Assembly (NCBI GenBank): GCA_000004985.1
Contig: GG738860.1
Length of the DNA: 64,000 nucleotides
Reading direction: 5' to 3' (one strand)
Source of the DNA: Naegleria gruberi
Taxonomy: Eukaryota
The translations under genes and the position numbers were made by a program. Of the stretch, positions 1-15,993 are shown one piece after another (position 1 is the first letter of the stretch; every line of letters starts with the position of its first letter). Under the pieces are notes generated by a model. The model searched no databases, was not told the DNA's origin, and saw only the letters and a program-made list of their open reading frames with translations.

Positions 1-1734
<1,734 letters not shown>

Positions 1735-1772
1735 ATTAACATTTCTAGAGCAAAAAAAAATTTAAATTAAAC

Positions 1773-2741
1773 TTATTTATTATTGAAAAGTTTGGTTGCT
1801 TCATCTCTGTTTGGGAAATTTTCTGCTACAATACTTTCCAAAACATTAATCGAAACTAGGTCAGCACCACTTCCCAATACTTCTGTTCTAATTCCAACAC
1901 TGGCTTCATCGTAAAGGCCATCCATTGGTTTATGTCCAAATTCAACAACAGAGAATGGAGATTCTTTCAAATCAGGATATGTATTTGTTAGCTTGACTGG
2001 ATCCTTTTCATAATCATATGTATTCCATTTAGATTGATCAAAGTCAGGATATCTCAATTCTGGATCATTCAAGATGCTTTGACGTTCTAATTCTTGAAGT
2101 TCAGCAAATGCAGAAGAAAAACTTGGGGTAATATTCTGATTTGTTTGTTTAGGTATTGATTTAACTCCAATATTCCTTAACAAGATATTTGATCCTATTC
2201 CTGCTGTTGATGTGGTACCTGTTGGAATCGTTGAATTGATATTTCCTTGTTGAATATTGATTGTTGGTGTTTGTGTTACATTATTTACAATAGTATTATG
2301 ATTAACTTGAGTAAATTCTTGAACTGTGCCATTAACTTGGTCAGTATTAATTGGAGTATTATCAATTATATTAGTATTCATTTGAGATGTTTGATTTAAT
2401 TCCTGTTGATTATTTTGAACTATATTTTGATTTAATTTTTGAAAATGTTGTTCCATCTCCGATTTACTTTGAAGTCCATTTGTAATTGATCTTAAATTAA
2501 GTCCCTTTCTAATTTCTCCTCTAACAGAAGAAACTTCGCTCATCATAAAATCAAACTCTTTTTTCATTTGTAATAATTCCGAATCTTTAGATTTTGCCAA
2601 TGAAGATTTAGCTTCCATCACCAATTTTAAACTCTTTCCACAAAATCTTCCCAACACTCGTGAATATTTGGGTATTTCCTGAGGTTTAAATAATAAAGTT
2701 CCCAACCCGAGCAAAACAACACCTCCCACCAAAGAAACCAT
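1773..2741 (-). CDS. Hypothetical membrane-anchored protein of 322 aa. It has an N-terminal TM helix, a coiled coil, an N/Q/T-rich middle and a conserved-looking C-terminal domain.
   Basis: A single ORF, MVSLVGGVVLLGLGTLLF..., starting at ATG 2741-2739. The low-complexity N/Q/T stretch is typical of AT-rich genomes. I recognise no family. Confidence 0.45.
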   Translation of the reverse strand: MVSLVGGVVLLGLGTLLFKPQEIPKYSRVLGRFCGKSLKLVMEAKSSLAKSKDSELLQMKKEFDFMMSEVSSVRGEIRKGLNLRSITNGLQSKSEMEQHFQKLNQNIVQNNQQELNQTSQMNTNIIDNTPINTDQVNGTVQEFTQVNHNTIVNNVTQTPTINIQQGNINSTIPTGTTSTAGIGSNILLRNIGVKSIPKQTNQNITPSFSSAFAELQELERQSILNDPELRYPDFDQSKWNTYDYEKDPVKLTNTYPDLKESPFSVVEFGHKPMDGLYDEASVGIRTEVLGSGADLVSINVLESIVAENFPNRDEATKLFNNK

Positions 2742-2776
2742 TTTTCAAATTTTTTTTACAATTAAAATTAAAAAAA

Positions 2777-3111
2777 ATGTCCACAATCGAAGCCCTCGAA
2801 CAAAAAGCCACCGAATACGAAAATCAAATTAAACAACTCCAACAACAAATTAAATCTCTGACCGGAGCTAGTAATAAGGATGTTCTTGAAGAGTTAAATA
2901 AGATCCGTCAAACAGTTGTTGAAGAAAAGAAGGAATATGAAGACATTTTATTAAAGAAGGATCAGGTAAGAAGAATATGATTTAAATCAAAGTAATTTAA
3001 ATTGGAATTTAATCGGATTTATTTTAATAATAGGAAATTGAGGAACTTAAAAAGACTATTGAAAAGAAGGATTATCGTATTGATATTTTGAAGAGATATG
3101 TCCAACAATAA
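2777..3111 (+). CDS. Small coiled-coil protein of about 88 aa. Exons are 2777-2965 and 3034-3111, with the intron at 2966-3033.
   Basis: AAAAAAATG start context. Exon 1 ends ...KKDQ then GTAAGA. Exon 2 reads EIEELKKTIEKKDYRIDILKRYVQQ* in phase 0. Heptad-rich throughout. Confidence 0.5.
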
Positions 3112-3209
3112 ATTTAACAATTATTTATTATTACTCGTGATGATCATCAGTTTTTAACAAATTCAAATAGCTTTATGAAAATGAATAGATAATTGTTGAA
3201 ATTGTGACA

Positions 3210-6200
3210 TTATTTAAAGGTTTGAGATAGTAATGAACTTGAAAGATGGGAAAGTAATTCTTGTAAGTTTCTTTTCATGAATTCGATATCATTTTCTAAT
3301 TCTGTAGAGTATTCTTTCTTTTTACGTAATATATTCTGTAGAGAAGATTTCAAGCTAGTTCCATTTTCAATTGACTTGGTTAATGAATTGATTATTCTCA
3401 CTTTTGAAAGTGATGGTTGTAAAAATTCCTGCAACTTTTCTCCATCCTCACAAATGGCAAGTACTGAATGGTTGAAATCTTCGTCCTCTATTGTTGGGAT
3501 TGAATCGAATATATCATCTAAGGAATCCAATGAAGAGAGTTGAAAGATTGTTTCACTTGGTTTTACAAGTTTTGTTGAATCTTCCACTTGCAAAATCTTT
3601 TGGATTTCCAAGATGATGTTTTCATTGGTCTGGGCTAGCTCTTTGATTTTGTTGGTGTTTGTAATTTCCTCATCCAATGCTGAAGCTAAATAATATGAAA
3701 TATCTGTCTTTTCCTTCAGTTGAAGCATGTAAACTTCTAGCTCACCAATAAGACTTTCATTATCTTCCTTCACCTCCATCAAATCACATGAAAGTGTATC
3801 GAAAAGACTGCGTATATCCATGTATTCCAGTGAGCAAATCCTCAACTTTTCTTTCAGATCATCAATGATGGCCTTAGATTTTAAAACTTCCTCTCTTTCT
3901 CTATTGTAATATGCCTCCATTTGTTTATAGTTGTCCTCGTACGTTTCACAGACAGTGTGAAGAGAATCAAACTTCATTTTTAAACTGGAGAGCTCTGAAT
4001 CTTTGATTGATACCTGTGCATTAAGAGTTAAAACTTTATCACTCAATTCCTTCAACTCTTTCTGTTTAGATTCTTCTTGACCTTTTTGTTTACTGTAACT
4101 TTGCGAAAGTTGAGCGTACAATTCTCCTCTCAAAACTTCTTTTTCTCCACAAATCTTAAAAATATTAGTTACACAGCTATTCCAAAAAACTTACCTGTTC
4201 TAAAAAGTCAAGAACTGACTTGGATGTTCGTTTTAACTGCAAGAAAATGTCTTCTACGAACCCTGATGAGCTTCCTTGAGGAGGATCAACTTGGAATTTT
4301 TTAAGTTCATTACTCATTTCCAAGACAATACTATCCATGCCATTTTTAAGGTTTGATATCAAGGTTTTCAAGCTCAATAGTTCCTCTAACTGTTTGAGAT
4401 TTTCTGATTCGACTTGAGAAAGTTGCTCTGTAACTGTTGTGAAACCTGTTTGAATTCTATTCTTTTCATCAATGGCCGTTTCTTTCTCCCATCTCTCTTG
4501 ACTAAGTTTTAATTCTGCGCTGCTTAGCTTCTTTTCCAACCCCCTTATTTCATTATTCTTAGTATTCATTTCATGTTGGAGTTTATCTTTTGTTTCTTCT
4601 AGCTTTTCTATTCTCGATTGAAGAAATGCTTCGTTGTTATGTTGATTTTCCTTATTCGATAGAGTTTGAATTTGCTTGTTGAGAGAGCTAATCTGTTGCA
4701 TCATTTCTAATTTTTCAGTGTCCTTTGATTTAGTTTCTAGTTTCTCTTTCAAGTCTGCATTCTTGACCTCCAAGCTAATTACTTGTAACCTTGATTTTTC
4801 CAATTCCAACTTGAGATATTCATTTTCTTTTAGTCTCTGATTGTTGTTCTTTGAATCTATTTGCAGTTTATAGGTAGCATCCAGTATATTCTTAAGATTT
4901 TCCAACATTCTTTCACTGTAATTTTTACCAAGCACTGACAATATATCCTTAACAACAGCAGAGGTATTTGACAAATGCTGTTTCAAATGATTGCTCTTCT
5001 TGCTACACAACCCCATTTTCTTTTCACATTTAGAAAGTTTTTCACCAAGCAACGATATGGTTTGGTCCATAGAGAAATAGAAGTCTTGACTCGTTGACTC
5101 TAATTCTTCAAAACTGTCCGGATTGTAATTCTTTGCCTCTTGCTCTATTTCTTTATCGAACTGATCAAAATCCAAGTCATCGTGCATCTCTAGGTTTAAA
5201 GCTTCCTCTAACATCTTACTTGCTTCATCTTCCTTATCTTGTAGGGAATAAATCTTATCCAGTGATTTTGTAAAGGAGCCATCTTCTGTTTCGTTAGTTG
5301 AGTTGTGTACAAAAATTTTCTGTAAGGAAGTTCGCACGTTTTTTTCATTTTCTGATTGTATTTGCGGATTGTTATTTGAGAATGTTTCATATTTCTTCAT
5401 TAGAATAGTTAGAATAAAAGTTAGTTCCTGCTTTTGCTTGTTCCATTCCTTAATTTGCAAGTTGAGTAAAAGCAGAGAGTGATTAATCTCAGTCATATCA
5501 CCACTATAATACACGAGGGAGTTGTAAATTTCTTTACTCTTTCCTAGAAGTGTTGTGAAGGCTGTATCACTCCTATTGTTTACAAGATTCATATAGCCTA
5601 CACATAGAGCTACGATAGCCTCCTTAGATTCTTCTGTGTTTCTTTCCAATTCTTTTGCTATTGTTGTCAAATGCTGACTCCTTTCTTTAAGTATTATTGC
5701 CTCCTTCTTGACATTCAATTCCAAATCCTTAATACTGTTGATCAATTGATCTTTTGAGCTTAAATTATTCGATGCTTTTCTAGAATAAATACAAACAATT
5801 GACTCGCTACTTACTTGAGAAAAATAGACTGTTGTTACAGCAACAAATTGAAGATAAAATCTGATCTGAAGGGAGAAGCTTTGTAATAATAATTGGTTCA
5901 AGTAATATTTTCCCTTTCAGATATTCTCCCCACAAATATACATCTTTAGATTTTGACGTAGCAACAGAATATTCAGATCCACAATAAACACTATCAATTA
6001 TTTGAGATCTGAAAACGTCCAAGTGAACTGGGTTAGTGCAATCAATCGAGTCTTGTTGGCATATATTTGATGGTTTCCCAAATCCATACACCAATCCATC
6101 CTCTACTAAGATTAGTATAATCATTGTGAAATAAATACTTACCAGTCAACACAAGAGAAAAATGAGATCCACAAGAAGAATTCTCAATCTTCTTTTTCAT

Positions 6201-7135
6201 TAGTTTGGTCACTGGAGAAGCATAATATCTATCGATTTGATCACCTGTACCTAGTTGTCCATAATTATTTCGTCCAAATGAAAAAACTCTTCCATCATCC
6301 GTGCAGCAGACTGTATGTTCATCGCCCACGGATACATGTTTGATGGTAAACTTTGAAAGTGTTTGAATGAAATATGGTTTTTCAGAGTAGCTCACTGTTT
6401 CACTTGTATCCTCATTGCTTTTTTGTGAATTGTCCACAATATTTGAATAATGGTCATGTCCCAAACATCCATAAAAGTTAAATCCCCAAGAAAAACATTT
6501 TCCGTCATCTGTTAGAACTACACCATGTCTTTTACCCAAAATAATATCCTTCACAACTATGTCTTGTGTGATTTTACCCTCACTGAAATAAAAGTGATCC
6601 AAGTGATGAAGTTTGAATTGAGATTCGAATGATTTCTTTACCTCTTTAGCTACCACTTTATCACCATTCGATTCATCATGAATTATAATTTGTCTGAATA
6701 AATTTAAACCATCCTCGGCAGTGAGTTTTAAAACTTTTCCATCTCCACTTAGCAATATTATGGCCGAATCTCCATTTTCCTCAATACTTGAAATATCAGC
6801 CTTTTTAATGTAATATGAATCAAGTTGAGACAAGCCTTTGATGACTTCATAGCTCAAATCAGACTTGAAAACCATACCATCCTCCGTTATTATTATTCCA
6901 AAATCTTCATCTCTTTCAGTTATACTAGATATCGAATTATTTTGTAGTATTTGATTATTATTCGAAACAACTTCCGAGCACCAAACCCTTTCGATGTTGG
7001 CATTCAATTCTGCAAAGTGTTACCACGTTACTCCGAAGAATGTCTGCAAAGAAACTTACTATACCAATTTCTCTCTAAAATAGCATTGTTTTGTATTGAA
7101 TGTTGAGATGACAGATTAGTTTGGTTGTTGATCAT
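3210..7135 (-). CDS. Large protein of about 1253 aa with N-terminal RCC1-like repeats and a long C-terminal coiled coil. There are five exons: 7135-7060, 7009-6143, 6105-5815, 5774-4195 and 4154-3210.
   Basis: RCC1 repeat signatures are present: GCLGHDHYSNIV, NNYGQLGTGD and GSHFSLVLT..DGLVYGFGKP. All four introns are GTAAGT...AG with lengths 50, 37, 40 and 40. Exon phases were worked out by hand. The apparent stop after ...FFSSK is the GTAAGTAG donor of intron 3. Total coding length is 3759 nt, which is divisible by 3. Confidence 0.6.
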
Positions 7136-7186
7136 TTTTTTGTGTTTTTAAAAAAAGCCTTAAGAATTGAACATTGAATATTGCCT

Positions 7187-9280
7187 TTATACAACAATTT
7201 TGATTGCCTCTTTTAATAAGAGTGAAATTAGCCTACTATTTGATTCTCCTGTTGACTTGAATTGTTCCAATAGACTTTCGTCCAAAGTGACTGATTTCAA
7301 ATCCACCGTTTGTAAGAAAATGTGAAGAGAGAGTAATAGAGGAGGATTATTATCAAAGAAAGCCTCTGATAAACATCTCAAACTTGATAGAGGAGATAGA
7401 TCAAATATAAAATTTGACCCACATGACAACTCTATCAAATTAAAATCCATAATGCATGTTAGATCCGTTATGTAATTGTCGTTCATTCTTAGAGATTTTA
7501 GTAATTTCTTGAAATTAGCATTTTCTAAAGGTTGAATCATTTCATCCGTGAGACAATTACCTGAGATATCTAGCTCTTCCAAGCAGTTCAAGTGGCAAAG
7601 GGATTCTATATTTACATCGATTTGGTTATAACTCAAATTTAGGTAAACTATAGAGTTATAAACAGAAGTTGGCATTCTTAGGGATTTCAATAAATTAAAT
7701 GATAAATTTACAACCTCCACATGAGGTGGAAGATATTGGAGATTTGTGATTCTATTTCTAGATAAATAGATTTCTTTCAAATCCGCCAGTTTGGATATTG
7801 GATAGATGCTAGACAAGTGACTACCTTGAATTGTTAATTTTTGGAGTGATTTACACTTGTCTAAACCATAGAGTGTAGTAATTGGTTGAGCATTTTCTGT
7901 AGATTCTTCTTCCTTGCTTGAAATGTATTCCAAGGAAGAAATTTGAGAGATATCTTGAGATTCGGCCATTCCAATTTGTTCTTGAACAATTTTATCCAAT
8001 AAATCATCCTTGATAACTCTATCTGAAACAGGTATTTGATGAGGCTCTGTTGCTGGAGATGGATATTCGTACGTAATATGATTATAGCTTGAAGTAATTT
8101 CACTGAAGTATGGATCAATATTGGAAGGATCAGTTTCAAGTTGAATTCTCTTTCTATTATAACTCATTTCAAAAGATTTGTGGATGCTTGGTTGGGCATA
8201 TATTGGCATAAACCTTTCTTTTGGAGAGCCTCTTTCCTCGTATGTTATAGAGCTATCCTCTGCTAATTCCTTTGATTTCAAATCGTCAATTATTTCACCC
8301 AAGTCTGGAGTTGGTTTTTCCTCAACCACTGGTTCTTTTTTAGAACTTTTAACTATTCTGGAAGGAGTTTTCTTTGGCTCTGCTTTTTCTTTTGTCTTTG
8401 GGGTTTTTGTAACTTGAGAAGTTTTTGGTGTTTGAGTTTTTGGAGTTTTTGGAGTTTTTTGTTTTGAATTCTTAGTAGGAGTTACAATAAGATGAGATAT
8501 GTCAACTTCAGCACCTTCTTGACTCATTCTCGATAACACAAGAGTCTTTTTGATTTGATCCAAGTATCTAGCTAAAATCTTTTGCTTATTATCGTAAGCA
8601 CGAATGTTATATACAACTTTGAGATAATGTCTCAATTCAGCCAAAGTCCACGAATCTGGATCATCAATCTCAAAGGCTCGTTCTCTCTTTCCTTGTGACT
8701 TTTTTGATGGTGTGTAACCATTGGAAAACACTTGTTCAGGAGTTTTCAAAACACCTTTTTTTGGTGTTAACAGTACTGGAGCTATCGTACTATCAGAATT
8801 CTCAGTAGCAGATTCTTGAACCTGAGATTGTTCAACAAACGAATCCAAAATTCTATTCATGACAGCTTTTCTATTACCCTTTATAGACAATCCTCTTCTT
8901 TTGGCTTCTTTTTGTATTACGGAAATGTCCAGTTTTGAAACAACCTCCTTGTTAGACCAATCTATGTCATCACGATCAAATTCTTCATCATCCAAATATT
9001 CCTCATCATCCTCAAATTCGTTATCACTCGATTTTTGTTGATCATTTTCTCCATCCTCATCTTGAACAATAGGATCATCGGAAGGTTCTTCATCTCTTTT
9101 GACTTTTTTACTTGTTCTTTCATCCGAATCTTCATTGTTTTTTAACAAATCCTCATCTTCCTCTCCGTCAGATAATGTAGATTTGCTCTCCAAAGCTGCT
9201 GATTCTGCGTCTCTCTTGGAGGGTGTTGTTTTCTTCTTTTGTTTGCTTGCTGATGATTGCCGCTTCTTTTTCGTTGGCAT
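7187..9280 (-). CDS. 697-aa protein with a K/E/D-rich N-terminus, a SAP-like motif, TPKT repeats and C-terminal leucine-rich repeats.
   Basis: A single ORF from ATG (MPTKKKRQ...). The motif KEAKRRGLSIKGNRKAVMNRIL resembles a SAP DNA-binding helix. LRRs follow, for example LNLSYNQIDVNIESLCHLNCLEELDISGNCLTD. Confidence 0.5.
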   Translation of the reverse strand: MPTKKKRQSSASKQKKKTTPSKRDAESAALESKSTLSDGEEDEDLLKNNEDSDERTSKKVKRDEEPSDDPIVQDEDGENDQQKSSDNEFEDDEEYLDDEEFDRDDIDWSNKEVVSKLDISVIQKEAKRRGLSIKGNRKAVMNRILDSFVEQSQVQESATENSDSTIAPVLLTPKKGVLKTPEQVFSNGYTPSKKSQGKRERAFEIDDPDSWTLAELRHYLKVVYNIRAYDNKQKILARYLDQIKKTLVLSRMSQEGAEVDISHLIVTPTKNSKQKTPKTPKTQTPKTSQVTKTPKTKEKAEPKKTPSRIVKSSKKEPVVEEKPTPDLGEIIDDLKSKELAEDSSITYEERGSPKERFMPIYAQPSIHKSFEMSYNRKRIQLETDPSNIDPYFSEITSSYNHITYEYPSPATEPHQIPVSDRVIKDDLLDKIVQEQIGMAESQDISQISSLEYISSKEEESTENAQPITTLYGLDKCKSLQKLTIQGSHLSSIYPISKLADLKEIYLSRNRITNLQYLPPHVEVVNLSFNLLKSLRMPTSVYNSIVYLNLSYNQIDVNIESLCHLNCLEELDISGNCLTDEMIQPLENANFKKLLKSLRMNDNYITDLTCIMDFNLIELSCGSNFIFDLSPLSSLRCLSEAFFDNNPPLLLSLHIFLQTVDLKSVTLDESLLEQFKSTGESNSRLISLLLKEAIKIVV

Positions 9281-9484
9281 ATTTTTTGATGTTTTTATCG
9301 GAGACAGACGTTACACAAATTAATAGTGCTTTGATAATGAAGAATAATGCAATATGCTATCAAATCTGGTATCTTTTAAAGAACGCTTGCTAAATAAACA
9401 AAATAATAATTTTTAAATTTGTTATTGATTGAAAATTGGCTTGCATCTAAATAATTAAATAAATTGGAAAAAGAAATAAAAAAA

Positions 9485-9891
9485 ATGAACAGGTTGTGTG
9501 CCCGATTTGCTACCCTCTCTATGAGGCGTGCACAACCAGTCTGTTCTTTCCGCAACAGTTTTTCAAGTCTAGGAATGATGAACCCAACCATATTAAATGT
9601 TATTAAACCGGTTCAATCACCATCAAGTTTAGTTATAAATTCACCAAGTCAACAATTGTCCTTAATTTTGGAAGGTATGTAGATGATGGAAAAACAAATT
9701 AATTTAGGAATGATTAAAATCCATTGGATAATATTATAGCTGCTCCTAAGAAGACAGTGCGTCCAATAATTATCGACGAATTCAAGATGGACAGTGTAAA
9801 AAGGAAAAGACATAGAAAGATGAAGAAACACAAGTACAGAAAAAGATTGAAGAAGACTAGAAGTTTGCGAAAGAGATTGGGTAAGAGATAA
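9485..9891 (+). CDS. Mitochondrial ribosomal protein mS38 (Cox24/AURKAIP1 family). Exons are 9485-9674 and 9740-9891, with a 65-nt intron.
   Basis: The N-terminus looks like a presequence (MNRLCARFATLSMRR...). The intron is GTATGT...TATAG. Exon 2 carries the family C-terminus SVKRKRHRKMKKHKYRKRLKKTRSLRKRLGKR*. Confidence 0.6.
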
Positions 9892-9943
9892 AATTCCCGA
9901 TATCGTTTTTCACATATTCCAACAAGGGTACATAAAACACCTG

Positions 9944-11917
9944 TTATTGTTTATTAATTAAATGTCCTCTCTTTTCCATATATCTATTATAGACATCAAG
10001 GAATATTTCTCTGCATTCAATTGCAACATCCAATTTGTTACACAACAAAAAGGCACCAGATAACTTTCTGTGGAGAGAATAAGTTACTGGAGGTGGAGCT
10101 GTTAATCTTTGTTTTAACATGGTTGGAATGATTTTAGTAACTCTTTCTGGAATAGCCTTACTTCTGAAATCATAAATGCCTTCACATGCAAATGGTTCAC
10201 CAATATGCATGGCAGCTGTTGCATGAGCTTCATTCATTTCCTTGGATTCTTGTCCAGTGAGGAAACCCATCTTTCTTGAAGCATCAATTACTGTCTCAAA
10301 ATCTTTAGTGGCACTTGCATGGACAACACGCAAGTATTGGTCAACAAATTCTTGAGGGAATTCCAAACATGCTCCAAAATCTAACAAGTGCAAAGTGTCA
10401 GTCTTTGGATCATAGAAAAAGTTAGCCCAGTTTGGATCCGTTTGCATAAATCTGAATTCAAACAATTCCTTTAAACATAATTTGAGAATCAATTTAGCGA
10501 CTCTATTTCTGACTTCAATTGGATATTCTTCCTTGATTTGTTCGATTGTTTTACCATACTTAATTAATTCTGTACACAAAACTCTTCTTGTAGTGAATTC
10601 ATCAAAAACTTCAGGTACACTATATGAAGTCATTGGAACATCAGTTACATAACCTCTATTCTTTTCAGCGATAGCATCATCTTGAATTAATTTTCTAAAC
10701 ATCTTTTGAGATTTAGCTTCACGAACATAGTCACATTCTTGTGTCAACTCTTTTCTAGCTTGTTCCATGGTTTGTCCCAAGAATGCACCACGAGGAACGA
10801 GATTTGTATATTTGATAATTCTTTCTACATTTCTAATATCACTTTCAATAGAGTCAGCAACTCCAGGATATTGAACCTTGATTGCAACTTCTTTACCATT
10901 TGCAAGAACACCCTTGTGAACTTGACCTATCGAGGCAGCTGCAATTGGTTTAGTATCAAAATGTTTGAATCCACTCTTCCATGCTTCTCCAAATTCTGCA
11001 GACATGGCTTGCTCCAATTGCCAGGTTGGCATGACATTAGCAGAGTGTCTGACCTTTTCCAAAGCCTTTTGAATGACTGGAGGAACAGTTGACTCATCTT
11101 GAATGGACATAATTTGACCAATCTTTAAGGCAGCTCCTCTCATTTTACAGAGAGTATCGGCAAGAATCTCTGCATTCTTTTCTGTTAAAACATCAGTCAC
11201 AGAAATGTTCTTTTTTTCAGAATCAGATGTTTGAGAGGTTTCAGTTGCTTCAGGTTTCTTTGAAAAGTATTGTTCCTTAGCAGTATTGACTCCCAGTTTG
11301 ATACCCAAAGCAGCAAATTGAATAGCTCTAGAAACTGAATTACTTGGAACCTTGTTTTCCTTTAAAAATGAATTGGTATGTCTCAAATGAATTTCATCAC
11401 TTTCTGTGTGTTCGGTTTCTGGCTTTTTTTCTTGTGTTGATTTAATTTCAGAGATATCCTTTTGACCATGAATAAGAGAATCGTACATCATACCATCAAA
11501 TGATTCATCTTTCTTGGATTCAATTTTTTGGGTGACAATTTTTGGTGTCTCCGATTTAACTTCTTGTGAACTAGTTGTTGTTGCACTTGTAGTAGTAGTA
11601 TTATTGGTATTCATTGAATTATTTCCATAACTATCAAAGAAAATTTGAACATTATTTTGATTGCTATCATCTTGATCTTGATTAATCCTAATAACATTTT
11701 CTCCATCAATTTTTTCAATTGTAGAAACAGTCTTATCTAGTACAACATTTGGACTATTTTGAATAGTTTTAATATTATAGGCAAATTGTTGAATAGGTGA
11801 TTGTGGATAGTAAGTACAAGCAGAGGTAGCCTTTCGGAGGTGAGCGGAACTCTTCTTTGTGGAGGCTAACACTACCATCCCAACACCTTGAGCAACACGG
11901 AGAAAATCATCAAGCAT
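9944..11917 (-). CDS. COQ8: COQ8/ABC1 (ADCK3-like) atypical kinase for ubiquinone biosynthesis. A single exon.
   Basis: Contains ALKIGQIMSIQDE (the KxGQ motif), AAASIGQVHKGVLANGKEVAIKVQYPGV and the downstream UbiB-kinase core. Confidence 0.85.
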   Translation of the reverse strand: MLDDFLRVAQGVGMVVLASTKKSSAHLRKATSACTYYPQSPIQQFAYNIKTIQNSPNVVLDKTVSTIEKIDGENVIRINQDQDDSNQNNVQIFFDSYGNNSMNTNNTTTTSATTTSSQEVKSETPKIVTQKIESKKDESFDGMMYDSLIHGQKDISEIKSTQEKKPETEHTESDEIHLRHTNSFLKENKVPSNSVSRAIQFAALGIKLGVNTAKEQYFSKKPEATETSQTSDSEKKNISVTDVLTEKNAEILADTLCKMRGAALKIGQIMSIQDESTVPPVIQKALEKVRHSANVMPTWQLEQAMSAEFGEAWKSGFKHFDTKPIAAASIGQVHKGVLANGKEVAIKVQYPGVADSIESDIRNVERIIKYTNLVPRGAFLGQTMEQARKELTQECDYVREAKSQKMFRKLIQDDAIAEKNRGYVTDVPMTSYSVPEVFDEFTTRRVLCTELIKYGKTIEQIKEEYPIEVRNRVAKLILKLCLKELFEFRFMQTDPNWANFFYDPKTDTLHLLDFGACLEFPQEFVDQYLRVVHASATKDFETVIDASRKMGFLTGQESKEMNEAHATAAMHIGEPFACEGIYDFRSKAIPERVTKIIPTMLKQRLTAPPPVTYSLHRKLSGAFLLCNKLDVAIECREIFLDVYNRYMEKRGHLINKQ

Positions 11918-11991
11918 TTTTTTTAAACTTGAAGAATTTAAAATATTAATTTGAAATTGATTAAATTGATCTATCAGTCAACTTGAAAATT

Positions 11992-14435
<2,444 letters not shown>

Positions 14436-14757
14436 TTTTTATTGTTCAACAACAGAAAATCATGTGACTTCATCTTGTTTGTGTACTTCAACATGGATAA
14501 GAAAATGTGATGAAACAAAGATGACAAAAATCATCCAAGTAATTTTGCAAAAAGAAATTAACTCTTCATTAAATAATTGTTAACAATTATACTTTATTAT
14601 AATAATAGCTCTTCGTTCCGATAATGGGATACTTATCTAGGTTCAACAAAATAGTTGCCGCCAATTTTTTTGATTGGTGTTGTAATATTTTTAAATGTCT
14701 GCAAAGTGTTTGAACAAAAACCAGCATTAATTAACACAAAAAAAATCCACAACAACA

Positions 14758-15579
14758 ATGTCTAACATTTTCTCATTCTTCGGTCAAGAGATCAAAACTG
14801 GTGCTCCTCAAGCTTTCGAAATTCCATTCGGTGAAGTTATTCTCCACTTGTCCACCGTCTCTCTTGCTAAGGATACTCCAAAGGGAGCAATTACCAGAGT
14901 TTTTGTTCACTCAGTTGATGAAGATGACAAGGAAACGAAGGAATCTGTCTCCATTGACTTGAACTTCAGCGAAGATGTTGCCCTCTCTATTGAAACATCC
15001 GCTAATGATGATACTACTGTCCACGTTACTGGTTATATTAACTTGATTAACGAAGATGGTGAAGAAGGTGAGTATGGTGGATATTCAGTCATTGACGGCG
15101 ATAATCTTGAAGATGAAAGTGATGAAGAAGAAAAGACCAAGCTCTTGAGAAAGATGTTGGAAGAAGAAGATGACGAAGAAGATGAAGATTTCAAACCAGA
15201 TTTGAACGAATCATCTGAATCTGCAAAGCTCGAAGAATTGAGTGACGAAGATGATATTGAACCAATTGTCGGTGAAGAAGATGACGAAGATGTCGATCTT
15301 GATGAAGAACAAACTGAGGAAGTTGTTAAGAGAGTTCAAGATTTAGAAACTAGATTGGGAAGAGAAGCTAACGATGAAGAAATCAAGGGTATTGTTGAAA
15401 GAGTTCAATCTGGCATTCCTGAACCAAAGAAGGAACAAAAGCAACCACAAAAACAACAACAAAAACAACAACCAAAGCAACAACAAAAGCAACAACCAAA
15501 GGAAGATAAGAAGAGAAAGCAAGAAGAAGCTCTAGGAAATAACAAGAAGAATAAGAACAAGAAGAATAAGAAGAAATAA
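14758..15579 (+). CDS. Nucleoplasmin-like (NPL) acidic histone-chaperone-type protein of 273 aa.
   Basis: The N-terminus MSNIFSFFGQEIKTGAPQAFEIPFGEVILHLSTVSLAKD follows the FxG.EVK.G pattern of NPL, HD2 and Fpr4 N-domains. A long D/E tract and a K/Q-rich tail follow. Single exon. Confidence 0.55.
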   Translation: MSNIFSFFGQEIKTGAPQAFEIPFGEVILHLSTVSLAKDTPKGAITRVFVHSVDEDDKETKESVSIDLNFSEDVALSIETSANDDTTVHVTGYINLINEDGEEGEYGGYSVIDGDNLEDESDEEEKTKLLRKMLEEEDDEEDEDFKPDLNESSESAKLEELSDEDDIEPIVGEEDDEDVDLDEEQTEEVVKRVQDLETRLGREANDEEIKGIVERVQSGIPEPKKEQKQPQKQQQKQQPKQQQKQQPKEDKKRKQEEALGNNKKNKNKKNKKK

Positions 15580-15634
15580 ATTAATTTTTTAATCGTAATT
15601 ATTTGAATTTTCTATTTACAAAATATTTAATATG

Positions 15635-15993
15635 TTAGAATGAATTACTTCCTTTAAAAACTAGAACTGCAAGGTTTCCATTGAAATAAAGGTAAAGTAA
15701 GTTCTTTGCTTCATGAGTCACTGACACTCCGAATCCTTCTCCTATTATACAATGCCATGATTTACCATATTTCTTATCCATTTGGGTTTTAATTGCCTTA
15801 GCAGCATTTTCATAATTTTGGGGTGATTTTTCCAAAGCTGTTTCAATTGCTGTTGATACTGTTTCAACACAGTCTATCCTCATATCTTCCGGCATATCAC
15901 AATGCTTAGAAATTTATTTTGTATAACTTGATGATTTAAAAGACCTACCACTACGAGCGCTAAATTATTTGCTGGATTTCCTTCTTCTGCCAT
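15635..15993 (-). CDS. Dynein light chain LC8 (DYNLL). Exons are 15993-15949 and 15904-15635, with a 44-nt intron.
   Basis: Contains KAIKTQMDKKYGKSWHCIIGEGFGVSVTHEAKNLLYLYFNGNLAVLVFK, the LC8 core. Exon 1 reads MAEEGNPANNLALVV, followed by GTAGGT...CTAAG. Confidence 0.85.

Noticed and set aside
5807-5809. Apparent stop codon ending the RCC1-like ORF
   Set aside because: The TAG is part of a GTAAGTAG splice donor. Splicing continues the frame into the coiled-coil exons.
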